Source: Octopus vulgaris | Lineage: Eukaryota | Assembly (NCBI GenBank): GCA_951406725.2 | Contig: OX597817.1 | Span: 90,396,001 to 90,460,000, forward strand | Direction: 5' to 3' | DNA: 64,000 nt | Part shown: piece by piece, positions 38,188 to 52,442 of the stretch | Position numbering within the stretch: the stretch's first letter is position 1 | Layout: each line of letters begins with the position of its first letter | Notes under the pieces: generated by a model | The model's input: only the letters and a program-made list of their open reading frames with translations | The model's database searches: none | What the model was told of the DNA's origin: nothing | Translations under genes and position numbers: made by a program

Positions 38188-38767
38188 ATCTATGCAAGCA
38201 TGGAAACGGGGATGTAAAATCATTATTATGATATGTGTGTATGTACACCTACACATTGTGAAGGGGACACTTATACACACTCATTATACATACATATATA
38301 AATTTTGGTTGATTCTCACATATACATATATGTATATAGTTTCTGCTTGTTTAGTCAGACTAGAAAAGATAGAAAGTAAACATTATTAGCTCTCCAGAAC
38401 CATCTAATTCATGGCACAAAGCTATGAACTGTAAAGCTGACCCCTTTTTTTGATGGGGTTTTGAAGTATATTCTCTTTAATTTTCTCTCTCTTTCATTCA
38501 TCCCATTTCTAGTGTCTTTTAGTAACTCTTAGTTTTTCAAGTAAATATAAAGCATTGTCTGAGTGAGAGAGAGAATAAAGAGGAAATTGAAAGGGAGAAG
38601 AAAATAAAAAATACAAGAAAATAAAGCAAAACAATAGTAAATCGATATTTATCAAAGACCTTATTGATCTGATTGGGTTTCCTTTGGCACCAGATAAAAG
38701 AGAAAAGCAACAACAATAAAAATAAATTGGACTCAAAACCTCTCTAGCAAACAATTGTGTTAGTTCA

Positions 38768-38798
<31 letters not shown>

Positions 38799-38815
38799 AA
38801 GAGAGAAAGAGAGAA

Positions 38816-38873
<58 letters not shown>

Positions 38874-40394
38874 AAGAATATATATTTGTTTTCAACACTA
38901 TCATAACTGCTATATCCCTAGCTAGTTTGGGTTGAGTATGTCTGCAATTTCACATTCCATCCAGAATGTTGGTTGTGTATCATTCCAGTATAACAGCTGC
39001 GATGACACCAGATCACTGTTCGCACTACCACCACCACCACCATCCTACCACTGTCACTCCACACCACCACTACTACCTTCACCATCACCATTACCACCAC
39101 CTTTACTGCCATAACAGATTTCTTCTAATATCCCTAAAGTATGGACAGGTTTTATGACATATATTTTCACTGATCTTTATTTTGCCTTATGACAGGGAAT
39201 CCAACATTATGAAAAGACTTATGGTACTTATAAAACACACATTATGATGGGACTGAGACCTATATTATGTTAAATATGAGATACATTTTGGCTATAGTAA
39301 GAAAAAGTATTGAAAAATAAATAAGACCTAATATTGTGACAGACATAAGACTGAACACTGTGACAGATGCAAGACAGTAACATTATGATAGATATAAAAT
39401 GTAATACTATGCCAGATGTAAGATCTACTTTTCTCAAAATTTTTACTGATTTTCATGGCAGCTGATAGGAAAGAAAGTTTTTTACTCCTCATTATTACTA
39501 CCATAGCTATGACCAGTACTATGACTATCATCTTCACTCGTGCCACCATCAGCAGCTTACCACAACCACCATCATTGTCTTCACACCACCACCACCACCA
39601 CCATCACTACCACCATTGTCATTATCATTTGGTTACATTAACAAAAAAACTCACAATCCTCCTCTTCCACACATTGGTGGCAGAGTGAACAGCCCTAGCT
39701 ACCTGTGGTATTTGCAACCCAATGTAGAATTTGAAGAGCGAATGAAAAGAACTAGAACAACCAGAACCTCTTCATCTAAGGGTCCAAGGTCATAACAATT
39801 GGTAAGATTTTTAGAACATAGGACAAAGTACCTAGTGGTATTTGTTCCAGTTCTTTGCACCCTAAATTTAAATCACTTTGTAATCATCCTCACTTTTATC
39901 CTTCCAGTGGGTCAATAAAATAAAGTATCAGTGAAGACTATGGACTGGTAGAATTGTCCAAGCATCAGACTAGATGCTTTGGAGTATTTCTTCAAGAGCT
40001 TTTTGTTCAGAGTTCTTGGGTAGTAGACTAAAATTATCACCTGGTAAACAGTACCACATTAGCAGAGTTTGTTTATATTTTGCAAGTATTTGGAGCAGCT
40101 TCAAGTCTTTGTTCGAGGATGACTTCAACTTATTTCCAACAATTTTGGAGAACCTGAAAGAAAAATAATGTTATGTCTGATGCCCCTTCTTCCATCTCCC
40201 TAGAGCACTTCATTTATCAATCCCCAAAAGGATGAACAGAACAGTTAACCTCAGTGACATATCAACTCAGAGCACAGAGGAATAGAACATATGTCACAAA
40301 GTATTTTATGTGACCAGTCTTCCACCTACACATATATATGTGTATTTTTTGTCTGTGCATACCTTTACATACACACACAGATAATATATATAGC

Positions 40395-40850
40395 ATCATC
40401 ATTTAACATTTGTTTTCCATGCTGGCATGAACTGGATAGCCCAACAGTTGGCAAGTCAGAGGACTGTACTAAGGCACAATGCCTTGAGCATGGTTTCTAC
40501 AGCTGGATGACTCACTTTGTACCAACCACTTTACAGGGTGTACTGGGTGCTTTTTACAAGACACTAGTACTACTGAGGTTATCAAGTCGCCTGTAAGACC
40601 AGACTCCTCAACTGAGGAAGTATGGCAGTGGTTCCCAACCTTTTCATTACCAAGGACCCCTTTTATTTAAAGGAGTTTTCCCACGGACCCCAGGATATTG
40701 AAAGATGTGTCAGCTTAACAAGTTCATGAACCCCCCTGTATTACCTTTGCAAACCACCAGGAGCCTGCAGACCACAGACTGTGAACCACTGAAGTATGGT
40801 ATTGAAGGAAGTGACTTTATGCCAGGCAGTCAGAGGTTAAAGTATGCTAG
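40395..40850 (-). mobile_element. RTE 3' UTR fragment hosting a hAT MITE
   Basis: catcatcatttaac..ttttccatgctggcatg..ggtttctacagctggatg. A similar piece lies at 41705-41960. Confidence 0.65.
40626..40791. mobile_element. hAT (Charlie/MER5-like) MITE
   Basis: TIRs cagtggttc / gaaccactg and a perfect 8-bp TSD aagtatgg at 40618-40625 and 40792-40799. Confidence 0.9.
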
Positions 40851-41323
40851 AGGGACAGGCATGGCAGTGTGGTTAAAAAATCTGCTTGCCAACCACATGA
40901 TTTCAAGTTCAGTCCCTCTGTGGAACACATTGAGTGTCTTTGGCTGTAGCCCAGACTATCCAAAGTCTTGTAAGTGAATTTTAAAGAAAGAAACTGAAGG
41001 AAGCTCACCATATAAATATTTCTAGGTGCATGTGTTCGTGTATGTGTGTACAATGATGCATGCATGTGTATGTGGATGTGTGTGCATGCATGTGTGTGCA
41101 TTTACATCTGTCTTTTCTTATCTGTAAGTTGACAGTGAAGTCATGTTATTATAGTTATACTCTTCCTGCAAATGACTTGTCTACTCACTTTGTGCTTTTG
41201 AAACTCTATGGGATAACAGATGCCTTACTTGAAAATCAGATAAGGATTAGTATCAAGAAGAGCATCTGGATGTTAAAAAGTACCATAACAGTATATTCAT
41301 GTAACTAACGTTAGCATGTGAAA

Positions 41324-41359
<36 letters not shown>

Positions 41360-41385
41360 TCATAGAATGTTAGTTATGGCTGGTT

Positions 41386-41454
41386 CATAAGGTTATCCAG
41401 GGTTTCGGCTCCATAAAGCACTTAACTTTATACATATCTCATCAGACCCTAATG
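41386..41454 (-). ncRNA. Type I hammerhead ribozyme motif with intact core
   Basis: UAGGGU CUGAUGA G..AUAAAG-UUAAGUG-CUUUAU..C GAAA CCCUGG AUA ACCUUA. Stem I UAGGGU/ACCUUA pairs. Confidence 0.7.
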
Positions 41455-43189
41455 GCCAGTATTTAATAACCTCTCTTCAAAATAGGAGAAAAGACCTTGT
41501 GATATATATATAAACGCATGCACATCATAAGAATCAAAAAAATTTTTGGGGAATGTGAAATATTTCTTTTTGGGAATTGTGTATCTTGAAGCACATGCAT
41601 TGAACCTTCAAATTTCTCAATCCAAAAGGGTTTTTCAACCCAATATTTACATGCTATTATTTATAGCTTTATATATGTACTTTGAGATATACCATTCAAA
41701 AATCTCATCATCATCATCATCATTTAACGTCTGTGTTCCATGCTAGCATGGGTGGGACAGTACCACAAATGCTGGCCAAACTGAAGCCTGCACCAGACTT
41801 CTATGACTGCTTTTTAACAGCTGGATGCCCTTCCTAACACCAACAACTCAGCAGAATAGACTTAATGCTTTTTATGTGGCACAAGCACAGGCATGGTCAG
41901 TTTTAGCAAGGTTCTTACAGCTGGATGCTCTTCCGAACGTCAAGCACTTTACAGTGTGGTCTCTATATATATAATGTCTGAAATGTTGGGATCTGACTGA
42001 CAGACTTCCTCTAAATATTTATCATGTAACTAGATATATACCACTCAACAGATAATCTCCAGGACATTTTGTTCAGAACAGATTTTTCATCACCATTCTT
42101 GTCTCCTTTTCTCTTCTTTCCTGTTTTTCATTTTCTTGTAATATCATTCATTTTTATATTTTTCTAGTTGTTTCTACTGCATAATAATTCCTTATACACT
42201 TGTAATCTTGAAATTCCTTTTTTTTTTACACTTGCTTATATCTGCATATTTACACAGGTTCCTTTTTTCAGTTATCTAAGTGGCAAGTCTTCACCTCTTT
42301 CTACACATTTATTTTCCAATAATGGTTATACTGCAAACCAAGATAATCCTTTAGTCCAATTTTATTCACTCAATGCAAGTCATGATAATCAAAAGTCTCC
42401 ACTAAAACGTCTTCAGTACCAATTTTATGATCCATTTTCATAACTGTCTGAAGATTGGAAACAGATAATTGGGTTTACCGATTTGTTAAATTTCTTTCCA
42501 AAAACTTGTCCTAATGGTGACTTTGATTGCAAAGTGCATAAGAGTTTTGATAGTGAATCATACAAGAATTTCAGTGCATCAAAATTTCATAGTAACATAA
42601 TGGGTGCTCCAATTTTCAGTTGCAGAATGTGAAAAGAGATAGCAGTGAGCAGTAAAGAATTGAGAAACTTTGTTGGATAGTTAGCAATATTGTTAACATC
42701 CATAATAGTGTGAAATTACTTGCCCTGATTACATTGGGATGGTAGCTGTTGAATAAGGAAGCATTAATATCATTCACGATGTTACATTTGGGAGCCAGGG
42801 TCTCCCAATCAGAAGATCACTTTGGTTTCTCTAATTCTACTCCATTACAAATTTCATCTCTTTATATCTCCTTTCTTGTTTCATCCCGGTTTTATCCCGA
42901 GGGAACTCTGGACCTAGGATTCTGTTTAAACATCATTCAGAGCTGCATCTGAATCTCCCTGCAAAATCTGGCAAAGATTTGTTGAGAAATGTAGCAGTGT
43001 TTCAAGATAAAGATCAACACTTAGAGGTAAAGATGTGTGTGTGTGCGCGTGCACATATATGAGACTGCATATTCACTAGAAAATAGTATAGATAGATTGT
43101 TGTGAATGCTAAGTCTTTCCTGGTGAAGAATGAACTGGTCAACAACAAATAGTGATTAGTGACTTTAGAATAGGAGTGAGATGAACTCA

Positions 43190-43480
43190 GAAATACAAGA
43201 CCATATTATCTGAGACAGGAAAATGGAAACTGAAAGTTCTCTCAGCTAGAAGGAAGTTCAAGGATGTTTTAACTTGTATATATGACAAAAAGGATGAGGA
43301 ATTAGAGATTTTATAACATAGAGGACAATTAGAAATTTCTACAAAGTCTCCTGTTGTGAAACAATGACCTGATCTGTGCTTGGAGCAAGGGTCCAGCTGG
43401 AAGAAAGATGATATGTTTGTCGAATTGTACAGTAAACAGCCATAAAAGCTAAGAATCAGCTCGAGAAAGATTGGAAGAAA
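43190..43480 (+). mobile_element. Possible L1/Tx1 ORF1 remnant
   Basis: TGKWKLKV..RGQLE..VCR..H spacing is reminiscent of Tx1 ORF1 zinc knuckles, but the sequence is heavily disrupted. Confidence 0.3.
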
Positions 43481-44090
43481 AGTGGAAAAAGGAGCCAAAA
43501 GTGAGACTAGACATCAAGTATAGAGAACTCAGAAAGCACCTGAAAGTAAAAGGTTTGCTGATATATAACAAACAGAGGATCAGGGGTGTTGACGATCCAG
43601 ATTTTATGTCAAAGGAAATCAAGATTTCACTTGAGAAAAGTATTTTCAGAATGACTGTACCACACTTACCTACACTGATGCTGAGGAAAAAGATGTTTAG
43701 AAATACAATTACAAGCGGTTGTTGAATGTAGAAAATGAATAGAAGAAAGAAAGAGAAACTAGCCTAGTTAAAACTATCAGAGAGACTAGCTACTGATGCT
43801 GTCATCTAACATTATTCATTAGCATCATCATATTCATTGCTGTTTTAACATCCACTTTTCAATGTTTGCTTGGATCAAATAGAATTTGTTGAGGTGGATT
43901 TTCTATGGCCAGCTGTCTTTCTTGTCACTAACCCTTACCTTTTTCTAAGTAAGGTAAAATTTCCCCATTGCTAGACATGTTTGCACAGAATATTGGAAAC
44001 AAAGGACTTTGCGTGTATTATGGTGATTCTTGTATACAACCATCATGTGGTGTCCTGGTAGAGAGAGTAACACACACACACACCCATAAA

Positions 44091-46052
44091 TCTATATACA
44101 TAAATAGTAATTTCTGTCTTTTTGTGACTGTGTGTGTGTCTGTGAATTTGTTACTAAAGCACCCACTACACTCATGGAGTGTTTGGTGTTAGGAAGGGCA
44201 TCTAGCTGTAGAAACACTGCCAGATCAGACTGGAGCTTGGTGCAGCCTCCTGGCTTCCCAGACCCCGGTTGAACTGTCCAACCCGATGGTGATGATGATG
44301 ATGGACTCCTCTGAGACTAGCTAACTGATCTTGATGAAATTTGACACTTATGTGGGGCTTATGCCCATGTAGTCACTTATGCACTTGGAATTTCAAAAAA
44401 TTCAATGATTTTTAATCAGAATAATTTTTCAAAAACCAATAGGACATTTCAATGCAAATTCTCGTATGAATATCATTTTCTACCACAACTTTTAGTTTTC
44501 AGCTTCTTTTCTTGAAATTTTATACACAGATAGAATATGTGCTAAGGAAGGGTTGAGATGAATAAATTTTTTCATGCACCTGCACAAAATAACGATGACA
44601 CAGGTTCACTACCAGACTCTGGTAATTTTTTCCGTCAAATTGGTCCTACCCAATAATATAGATTTCAATTTGACAAAAAATGCCAAAATTCAATGAAAAA
44701 TGTTTCATAGGTATAAATAGACAACTTATTAATGGTAATCTCATCAGCATTTGCTAATTCTGCATTTCAATACAAATCGTTTTCATTTGTTAAAACTTAT
44801 TATTTCAATTCATTGATTTAATTCCCCAGCATTTCAAGTTTTAAAAAAGTAAGTGCATTTTATTTCTCAAGCATTTTCTATTCAGTATTTCATGCATAAC
44901 CATAGATATACTGACAACCAAACTACATTTATACAAACTACTATCTACATACAAAGTTTAACTTATCAATATACCTGCTCTTAACTTGCGAATACTTTTT
45001 GGAGTTCAGATTTGCATTAAGTTACTACATGAACCTTAACTCCTATAGAAGATTCAGGATCTTATATCAGTCTTTTAAGACAAGGGATATTCTCATGTGG
45101 GCCTCAACTTACTTAAGAAAGCCAGGACTTCTTATGCACCATTGTGTGTTTGTGAATTTGTTACTTTAACTCCTCTGAGACTATCCAACCGATCTTAATG
45201 AAACTGGACATGTATGTGGGGCTTATGCCCATGCAGTCACTTATGCATTTAGAATTTCAAGAAAAATCGATAATTTTTAAACAGCATAGATTTTTCAAAA
45301 ATCAATAAGACATTTCAATGCAAATTCTCATATGAATGTTATTTTCTGTCGTAACTTTTAAAGTTTGCAACCGATTTTCTTGAAATTTTATACACAGATA
45401 GAATATGTGCTAAAGATGGGTTGAGACAAAGAAAATTTTTACTGAGACCACTCAAGCAAAGCATAAGATGATTTTTGATTAACTGATCAATGAAATTGTT
45501 GTAGGGTTAAAATGTTCATCAATTATTTCAGCATTCTCAGGTTGCTGTAACAAGTATTTTCGTAATACCTGCACTTAAAATTATTGATTCTATATGTTGC
45601 AGCGTTGTGTGCTAAAACATGTAACATGTATTTTCTTAACACCTGCACTAAAATTGTCAGTTCTAACCATTGCAACTGATATTTGATTCTCATGATCAGT
45701 GGAACTATACCCATGAAACACAGTTGTCAAATAAAGTGCCTTTTCTCTAGATAATTTTTTGTTTACTTTTTCAAACATTTATATTATTTTTTTTCATAGC
45801 ACTCCTTTACAATTCCCTTCTTGATGTTTCCATTGATTGTATATTTGCAGCTTTCCACTCATCTGACCAAACAATTGTCATTTTCTGATTCCACACATAT
45901 TTATTTGTATTATTGTTTCGTGAATGAATTTGCTTATGCCTTCTATTATCTGTCCTATGTTTTGATTTCATTTTTCATTTGAAAGAAATTAGGCATTGTA
46001 ATGGGTACTGGGAATATCCCCACTCTTGGGCATTACCAGGTACCTCAGCTAG
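44091..46052 (+). mobile_element. Non-autonomous Helitron with an internally duplicated 5' module
   Basis: A|TCTATATACATAAA start and ..cttgggcattaccaggtacctcagCTAG|T end (decayed subterminal hairpin, AT target). A ~290-bp module is repeated at 44135-44570 and 45145-45440. Confidence 0.75.
44156..44304 (+). mobile_element. RTE 3' tail inserted in the Helitron
   Basis: aaagcacccactacactc..ttaggaagggcatc.agctgtagaaac..(gat)n. It is absent from the second module copy (ttgttactttaactcctctg). Confidence 0.85.
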
Positions 46053-47129
46053 TATTATATATATATATATATATATATATTCAAATATGAACTAATGTGG
46101 TAAAGATTCTTGACCACAGATACTCAATATATATGCCTTGCTTGTTTGCCGGTAGGCTGTGATTTAGCATGGTGGGGATGATTCCTCAAAGTACTGGGTG
46201 TTAAAACACCTGAAAGTCAAAGACAGATGAGGCACAACAACCGTCTTTCAGTTTCCATCTACCAAATACTCTCACAAGGTTTTGGCCAATGAAAGGCTAG
46301 AGTAAAAGACACTTGACCAAGATGCCACAAACAGAGAGTGAAACTGCAACCATATAGTCAGGAAGCAAACATTTTACCACACAAGGAAAGCTGGTGGGTT
46401 ATCAGGGACAGTTCCTGAAAAGCTAAAAAGATTCAGTGGAATAGGGCTCCAAGTCATTCACATAATCAACCAGGTAGTAAAGTCAGGTGTCATACTCACT
46501 GACTGACGTAGCAGTATCATCCTCAATTGTCAAAAAGGGTAAAGGGAGATACTTGAGAAAGAAGCAACTACTGGAGTATGAAACATAGAACAAATTATGA
46601 AAGTAGCAGAGATTTAACAAAACTAATCAAGAAGAAAGATAGAATGTCTGAGGGTTAGGGGCTGGGGTGTGTTGGTAAGCAACTTCATACCAATCATAAA
46701 ACAGCAAAATAAATCAAGAAACTCACCTCGTTCTCTGTTTAAGACTATGTGTGGCATAAACCATTTTAACGCCGCCAAAATTGAAAAAGCCATTGTTTTT
46801 GTTGTTCTGTTAATCTTCAATCTTTTTTTTTATATTATTCAATAGTGTCAAATCTCTTTACTGATTCCATTTACCATTTCAATCAACTTGAATGTAATTC
46901 CAGTGACAAAACACCAAAGATAATTTTATATACCAGTAATGTGCTACAGACATAATTTATTTAACATAAATAAATCCATGTAAAGAAACTTTAATATGTG
47001 CTTCCCTGGTAAACTGTTGTGCTAGATGTTCTTGGTGTATACAGCTTTAATTCCCTTCTCCACATGGTCTTTACTGAGGCCAAAAAAGTAGAAGTACTTT
47101 TCTGAGCTAGCTTAGAAAACTAGAAATTA

Positions 47130-47440
47130 TACATGAACTGGCAAAAATTAACAAGAGTAAGAAAGGGCATTTTCCCATTAACATCTGTTCAGAATTATAA
47201 GCAGGGTTATGGTTATTTTCTATACAAAAGTTACCTTAAATATTTTTCTTAATAAAGCTGTTGAGATGGTGGAGATAGTTGATGCTTTAGACTTTCACAG
47301 AACAACTATGAACTTCTGACAAGAATTAACAAGAGAGAGAATATTTTCATCAACATCTGTCATGAATTATAGAGAGTTATTTTCTGTTCAGATGTTACAT
47401 TAAACGTTGTTTATAAAGAATCAAGGTGGTGGAAACTTCC
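47130..47440 (+). repeat. Diverged ~178-bp tandem duplication
   Basis: atgaact..aattaacaagag..attttc..aacatctgt..gaattata..gttattttct..gttac occurs twice. Confidence 0.7.
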
Positions 47441-49696
47441 ACAGAACAAGATGCTTGTTTTTCTTTTTTTGTTCTCTCTCTCTCTTTTCTTTTGTGTGTG
47501 TGTGTTTTTGTGTATGTGTGTGTGTTTGTGTATGTGTGTGTGTGTATGTGTGTACACACGTGTTAATGGTTAGACTGTTTTTCTGTATGGTATCTATGTC
47601 AATAAGTCAAGAGTTTTTGGTTCAAAAAATTTTTTAGTGTTCAACTTTGCCATTCATCCATTCAGGTGGTAATAACAAGGGAGAAAATATAGAATGGGGT
47701 TACTCTGAACAAATAGTTTTCCTCTAAGATAAAATCTCACCTCAGATATAATCAACAAAAGAATACAAGTAATATACTGGCATTTGATTCTTCTGTAATA
47801 TCTCTCTGTCTCTCTAAGAAAATCATACCTTGGAGTGTAGACAAAAAGAAAAGCCTTACTACTGAAAGATTTCTCAGGTCTCTTTTGTCAAGTATGTTGT
47901 GGTCCAGGTTCCTCGGTTACAACAGTGAATTTCATCCAAGTAGGTTATCTCTGATTACATGTGTGTGCGCGCGCGCGCACAGACACACACACACACACAC
48001 ACACAGTGTACTAAGCAAGAAGTAATCCTGTCTCATACACAGCTGTACTGCTTTATAAAACTTCAGCCAGGTCTAACTCTTCTGTCTTGACCAAAGTAAC
48101 TGGTAGTAATTTAATGTGAAAAAATTTCATTTAGAAAAAAAAAATAATTATCAACATCAAATAAAAACCAAATAAAAATGGTAAAAAATTGATAAAATAT
48201 TGAACTAGCAGAAACGAATATATTTATGCGTACTCTTAACTAAGGTAATTAATCACGCAAACACACACATCCATTTATGTATGTATGTATAGACACACCT
48301 GTTCTCCTCTCTCTCCCATGCACACATTTAATGCTCCCTCTTTGTCATACACAAACACATTCTCTATCTTCTCTCACCTTCACAAAAACATGTCAATATA
48401 TATACATACACACATACACATGTATAAAAAAATGTACATACACACACATACAAAATGGCACAGAGCTATATAGTATATATGATTTGTAAAACATGAGGAC
48501 AGGTTATTGTTAGTCATCATTGTGACATCCTGTGACAACTTAGCCATAGGTTAGTCTTGATCCAGCAGTCTCATGACCAAAGATGTCCAAGCTGTGACCA
48601 CCCTTTCTTTTATATCAAGCATAGTATATCAAGCAATTTCATATGTCTATTTGTGTTTTCTAAAGGTTAAAATGAAATCAAATTTGAGTGTGAGTTGCTT
48701 ACTATTTCCAGTCAGCTTAGTGAGTGCATAGAGAGTCCTCTTACTGGTTTGAGTGATGATGAGTAAGTGCTCAAGGTTAAGGGAGAAGGGACCCAATCCC
48801 GCAAGAAGGAAGAAAGCAAAGAGTTACAGATGTGAGGTATAATAGACACATGTAGGAGATATTAAAGATAAATTCAACAGACATGTAGGGGATATTGATG
48901 ATAGAACGAATAATACAAACTTGTATGAGGTATAATCGATACATGTAAAGAATATTAAAATCAATAAAATATATATATATCAGTTCCTGTGGTTAATAAC
49001 ATCATATGTACGCATGTATGTATGTATGTATGTATGTATGAATGTATGCGTATATGTGTGTATGTGTCTGTGTATGTATGTATGTATGTATGTATGTATG
49101 TATGTATGTATGTATTCTTATTCTCTTTTCAATTTGCAGTAAATTTTGACCAGCCACCTGCACAGTAGTGAAGGAAAGCATCTTGTTTTTGTTCATCATC
49201 ATTTAAATCTTAATGATGACTTTGCAGATTTTAATGGTTCCAGATTATTTGTAATGTATGAATTTTAATGGTTCCAGATACTGTGATTATTTGTAATGTA
49301 TGAATTGTGTTCTCTCCCCATCAACCTTTGCTACAAGCAGATTTATATGTATCCTGTTGCTCCACTGAAAATAGGTATGAAGCTGAAAGTGCATCTCAGG
49401 TACTGGATTTGCAAACTCCTTCTCAGTGGTCCAAATGAATGAGTGAATGAATGAATGTATGCATGCAATAATAAACTAACAAATAAATGTATAGGTTATA
49501 GTCAACAGATTCACTCTGTAAAGTGGACAGCCATAAATAACTTTTTTTTATATTTATATGATTTCACAGAAATTATATAAATATATGATTGCATTGGAAA
49601 AGAGGGATCAACAGGACTAGTTACAGTTGTTGAGATTTCATCAACAACTGAAAGAAGATCATAATCTGTCTACCCATCCATCTGTGTGCGTGTGTA

Positions 49697-49749
<53 letters not shown>

Positions 49750-49894
49750 TTATAAGTTTAAAGCTTGGCACTGCTTGTCAAATCATTGCACATATATCAT
49801 CATTGTTTAATGTCCATCTGGGACAGTTGATAGGAGCCGGCCTGGTAGAAAAACTACCCTAGGCTACTGTGTCTGTTTTGGTAGGGATTTTACA

Positions 49895-49947
<53 letters not shown>

Positions 49948-51599
49948 CCTTGTCATGACATCAAATGATAGTAAAAGAGTGTTACCCTCATTCATTTTCA
50001 ATCTTCAGAGGAAACATGCTTGGCCAGAGGGAAATATTATCTTGGTTCAAAAAAATGGTTACAGGAAGGACGTTCAACCATAGAAAATCTGCCTCAATGA
50101 ATTCTGTCCAACCCATGTAACCCATGCAATAGAAAAGTGGACATTAAAATGATGATGATAATGATGACGATGTTGGTAGATAGATGGCTAGTCAGACATA
50201 ATAGGGTGGGGGGGGGGGTATATATAAATATATGTTTGTATATATAAATATATGTTTGCCTAAATAAATCTATATCTATATATAAATATATTTAGAGTGA
50301 GATGCAGGCATTGGAAATGAAATACTGATTCAACATTTATCACAGGCATTTTCTACTTGGGTCACATCACAAATGACTGAGTTTGCAAAACCATCCAGCA
50401 TCACATGAAGATCTTCCAATGAAGAAGAAAAGAAAACTGAGATGGTATGGTCATATTACAAGATCCTATGTGCCTTGCAAAAACCATCTTTTAAAGAACC
50501 ATGGAAGGGGAAACAAAGAAAGAGACAGACAGACAGAAGGCAAGATGGACTAACAAATCAAGGAATACACAGGAAAATTATTAGTGGAAACCACACATTC
50601 TGGCACAAACTTATTACAGATGGAAAAAAACTGGTATACAATTTGTCATCCCTAAGAGTTCATGTAAATATGTGTATATATAATTGTACACATACACACA
50701 CGCACACACATAAAACACGTATATCTAAACTAGGTTAGGTTAGATAGATATACAATGCAATCAGGTAATATGAGAATGTTTTCTGTTGGTTGCAGCAGTT
50801 ACTAATGAATTAGATAATGAATTAGATAGATAACGATTAGAGAACATTAATTCTCTGTGGGGAACCTCCGTCACTTGAATAGTAATTTAAGCAAACAAAC
50901 AACAACAATAACGCAAACATATTTTCAGCTTTATCTCAATATATTCAAATATGACATACAACTGATGTTTATTAATGATATGGTCCAAGTTCTGTACAAT
51001 ATAAATTCCCAGAACAAGCACCACAACATGAAAACACACATACTTTTAAATATATAGTAACATACACATAAAATTTTTATATACAAATATACACACGTGC
51101 ACACTTATGCATATATCTGTATTATGTTATATTATATATCTAAATATACATATAAACATGCATGCATACATATATGTGTGTGTGTGTAATGGATGTAGGC
51201 AGGACCAAGTTGTTAAGAAGTTTGTTTCACAATCAAGAAGTCCAGGGTTCAATTTCACATTGCGGTATCTTCAGCAACTGACCTTTAATCGTAGACTTAA
51301 GGTGACCTAAGCCTTTTGAGTGAAACTGAGTAAATGGAAACTGTGTGGAAGCCTGTCTAAGAGACACACATAGTATGTTGATGGTCAAGCTTCATCACAT
51401 AGTGACATGTTGATTCTACTTTACATTAAGAGTACATGTGTCTGTGGAATACTCAGTCACTTACAATAGTTAAATAAGTTCAGTTGCTTGAATGACTGTA
51501 TGCTCAGATATCATTCTGAAGAGGAGAGTCATCATCATTGTGTATTGTATGCTTTTGGCAGTGCATTGCTGACACTACAAGAAAAGTCTTTCCAATCAA

Positions 51600-51905
51600 G
51601 TGTGAGTTCTCCCATTGGATGGAGCCATGGCATTACATTGTCCTGACTCTCTCATAGTTTTTTCTTGGCAAGGATATTGAGGTGGTTTGCCATTACCTTC
51701 CCCAACTGGATGGTCATCCATCCTTCATCAGGTCTTTTTTTAAGTCCTGCTGGGTGTCTAGACACCCTCCTCATGAGAGTAGCAAGCTACTCAACAGGAG
51801 GAGCCAATTTAGTCACCAACAACTCAGCCATTGAACAGTTAGAACTGGTTTACTTGATACCAGTCGCAGGTCTCATCAACCTGTGATGAGATTCCTGACC
51901 TGTCC
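51600..51905 (-). mobile_element. RTE 5' UTR-like fragment
   Basis: Minus strand has gggaaggtaatggcaaaccacctcaatatccttgccaagaaaa, the conserved motif of RTE/BovB 5' regions and RTE-derived SINEs. Confidence 0.6.
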
Positions 51906-52047
51906 ACAAAAGGTAAGTGCATCATCATGTATATACATCCCTATACAATTATAACAAGGTTCAACTACAAGCTTATATCCACATTGAATAAAACAAAATT
52001 AGTTTCATGGAACTATATACTTTCTATGTTTTATATTATTCATTAAA

Positions 52048-52163
<116 letters not shown>

Positions 52164-52404
52164 TCTGTGTGTGTGTGTGTGAATATATAATACACACAGT
52201 TTCATAAGTATCACTAAACAATGTCACCAAACATGAAGGAAGACAATGTAACCTTCTCCCACCAAATGTGAAAGTGAAACTTAAAGAAACTGAAGAAGCA
52301 ATCATAATTGTAGGGAACTTTACATAACTTCCTACACCTCTATCTCTCTCTCTCCTCTCCTTCTGTCCATCTGTCTGTCTCTTCTTCTCTCCCTCCTTCC
52401 TTTG

Positions 52405-52442
<38 letters not shown>

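Noticed and set aside
42180-42650. Possible minus-strand Penelope N-terminal remnant
   Set aside because: Only vague compositional similarity to 18250-18500, with no diagnostic motif.
49210-49306. Short tandem duplication (also 48830-48960, 50220-50258 and 60772-60845)
   Set aside because: Ordinary slippage duplications with no further structure.
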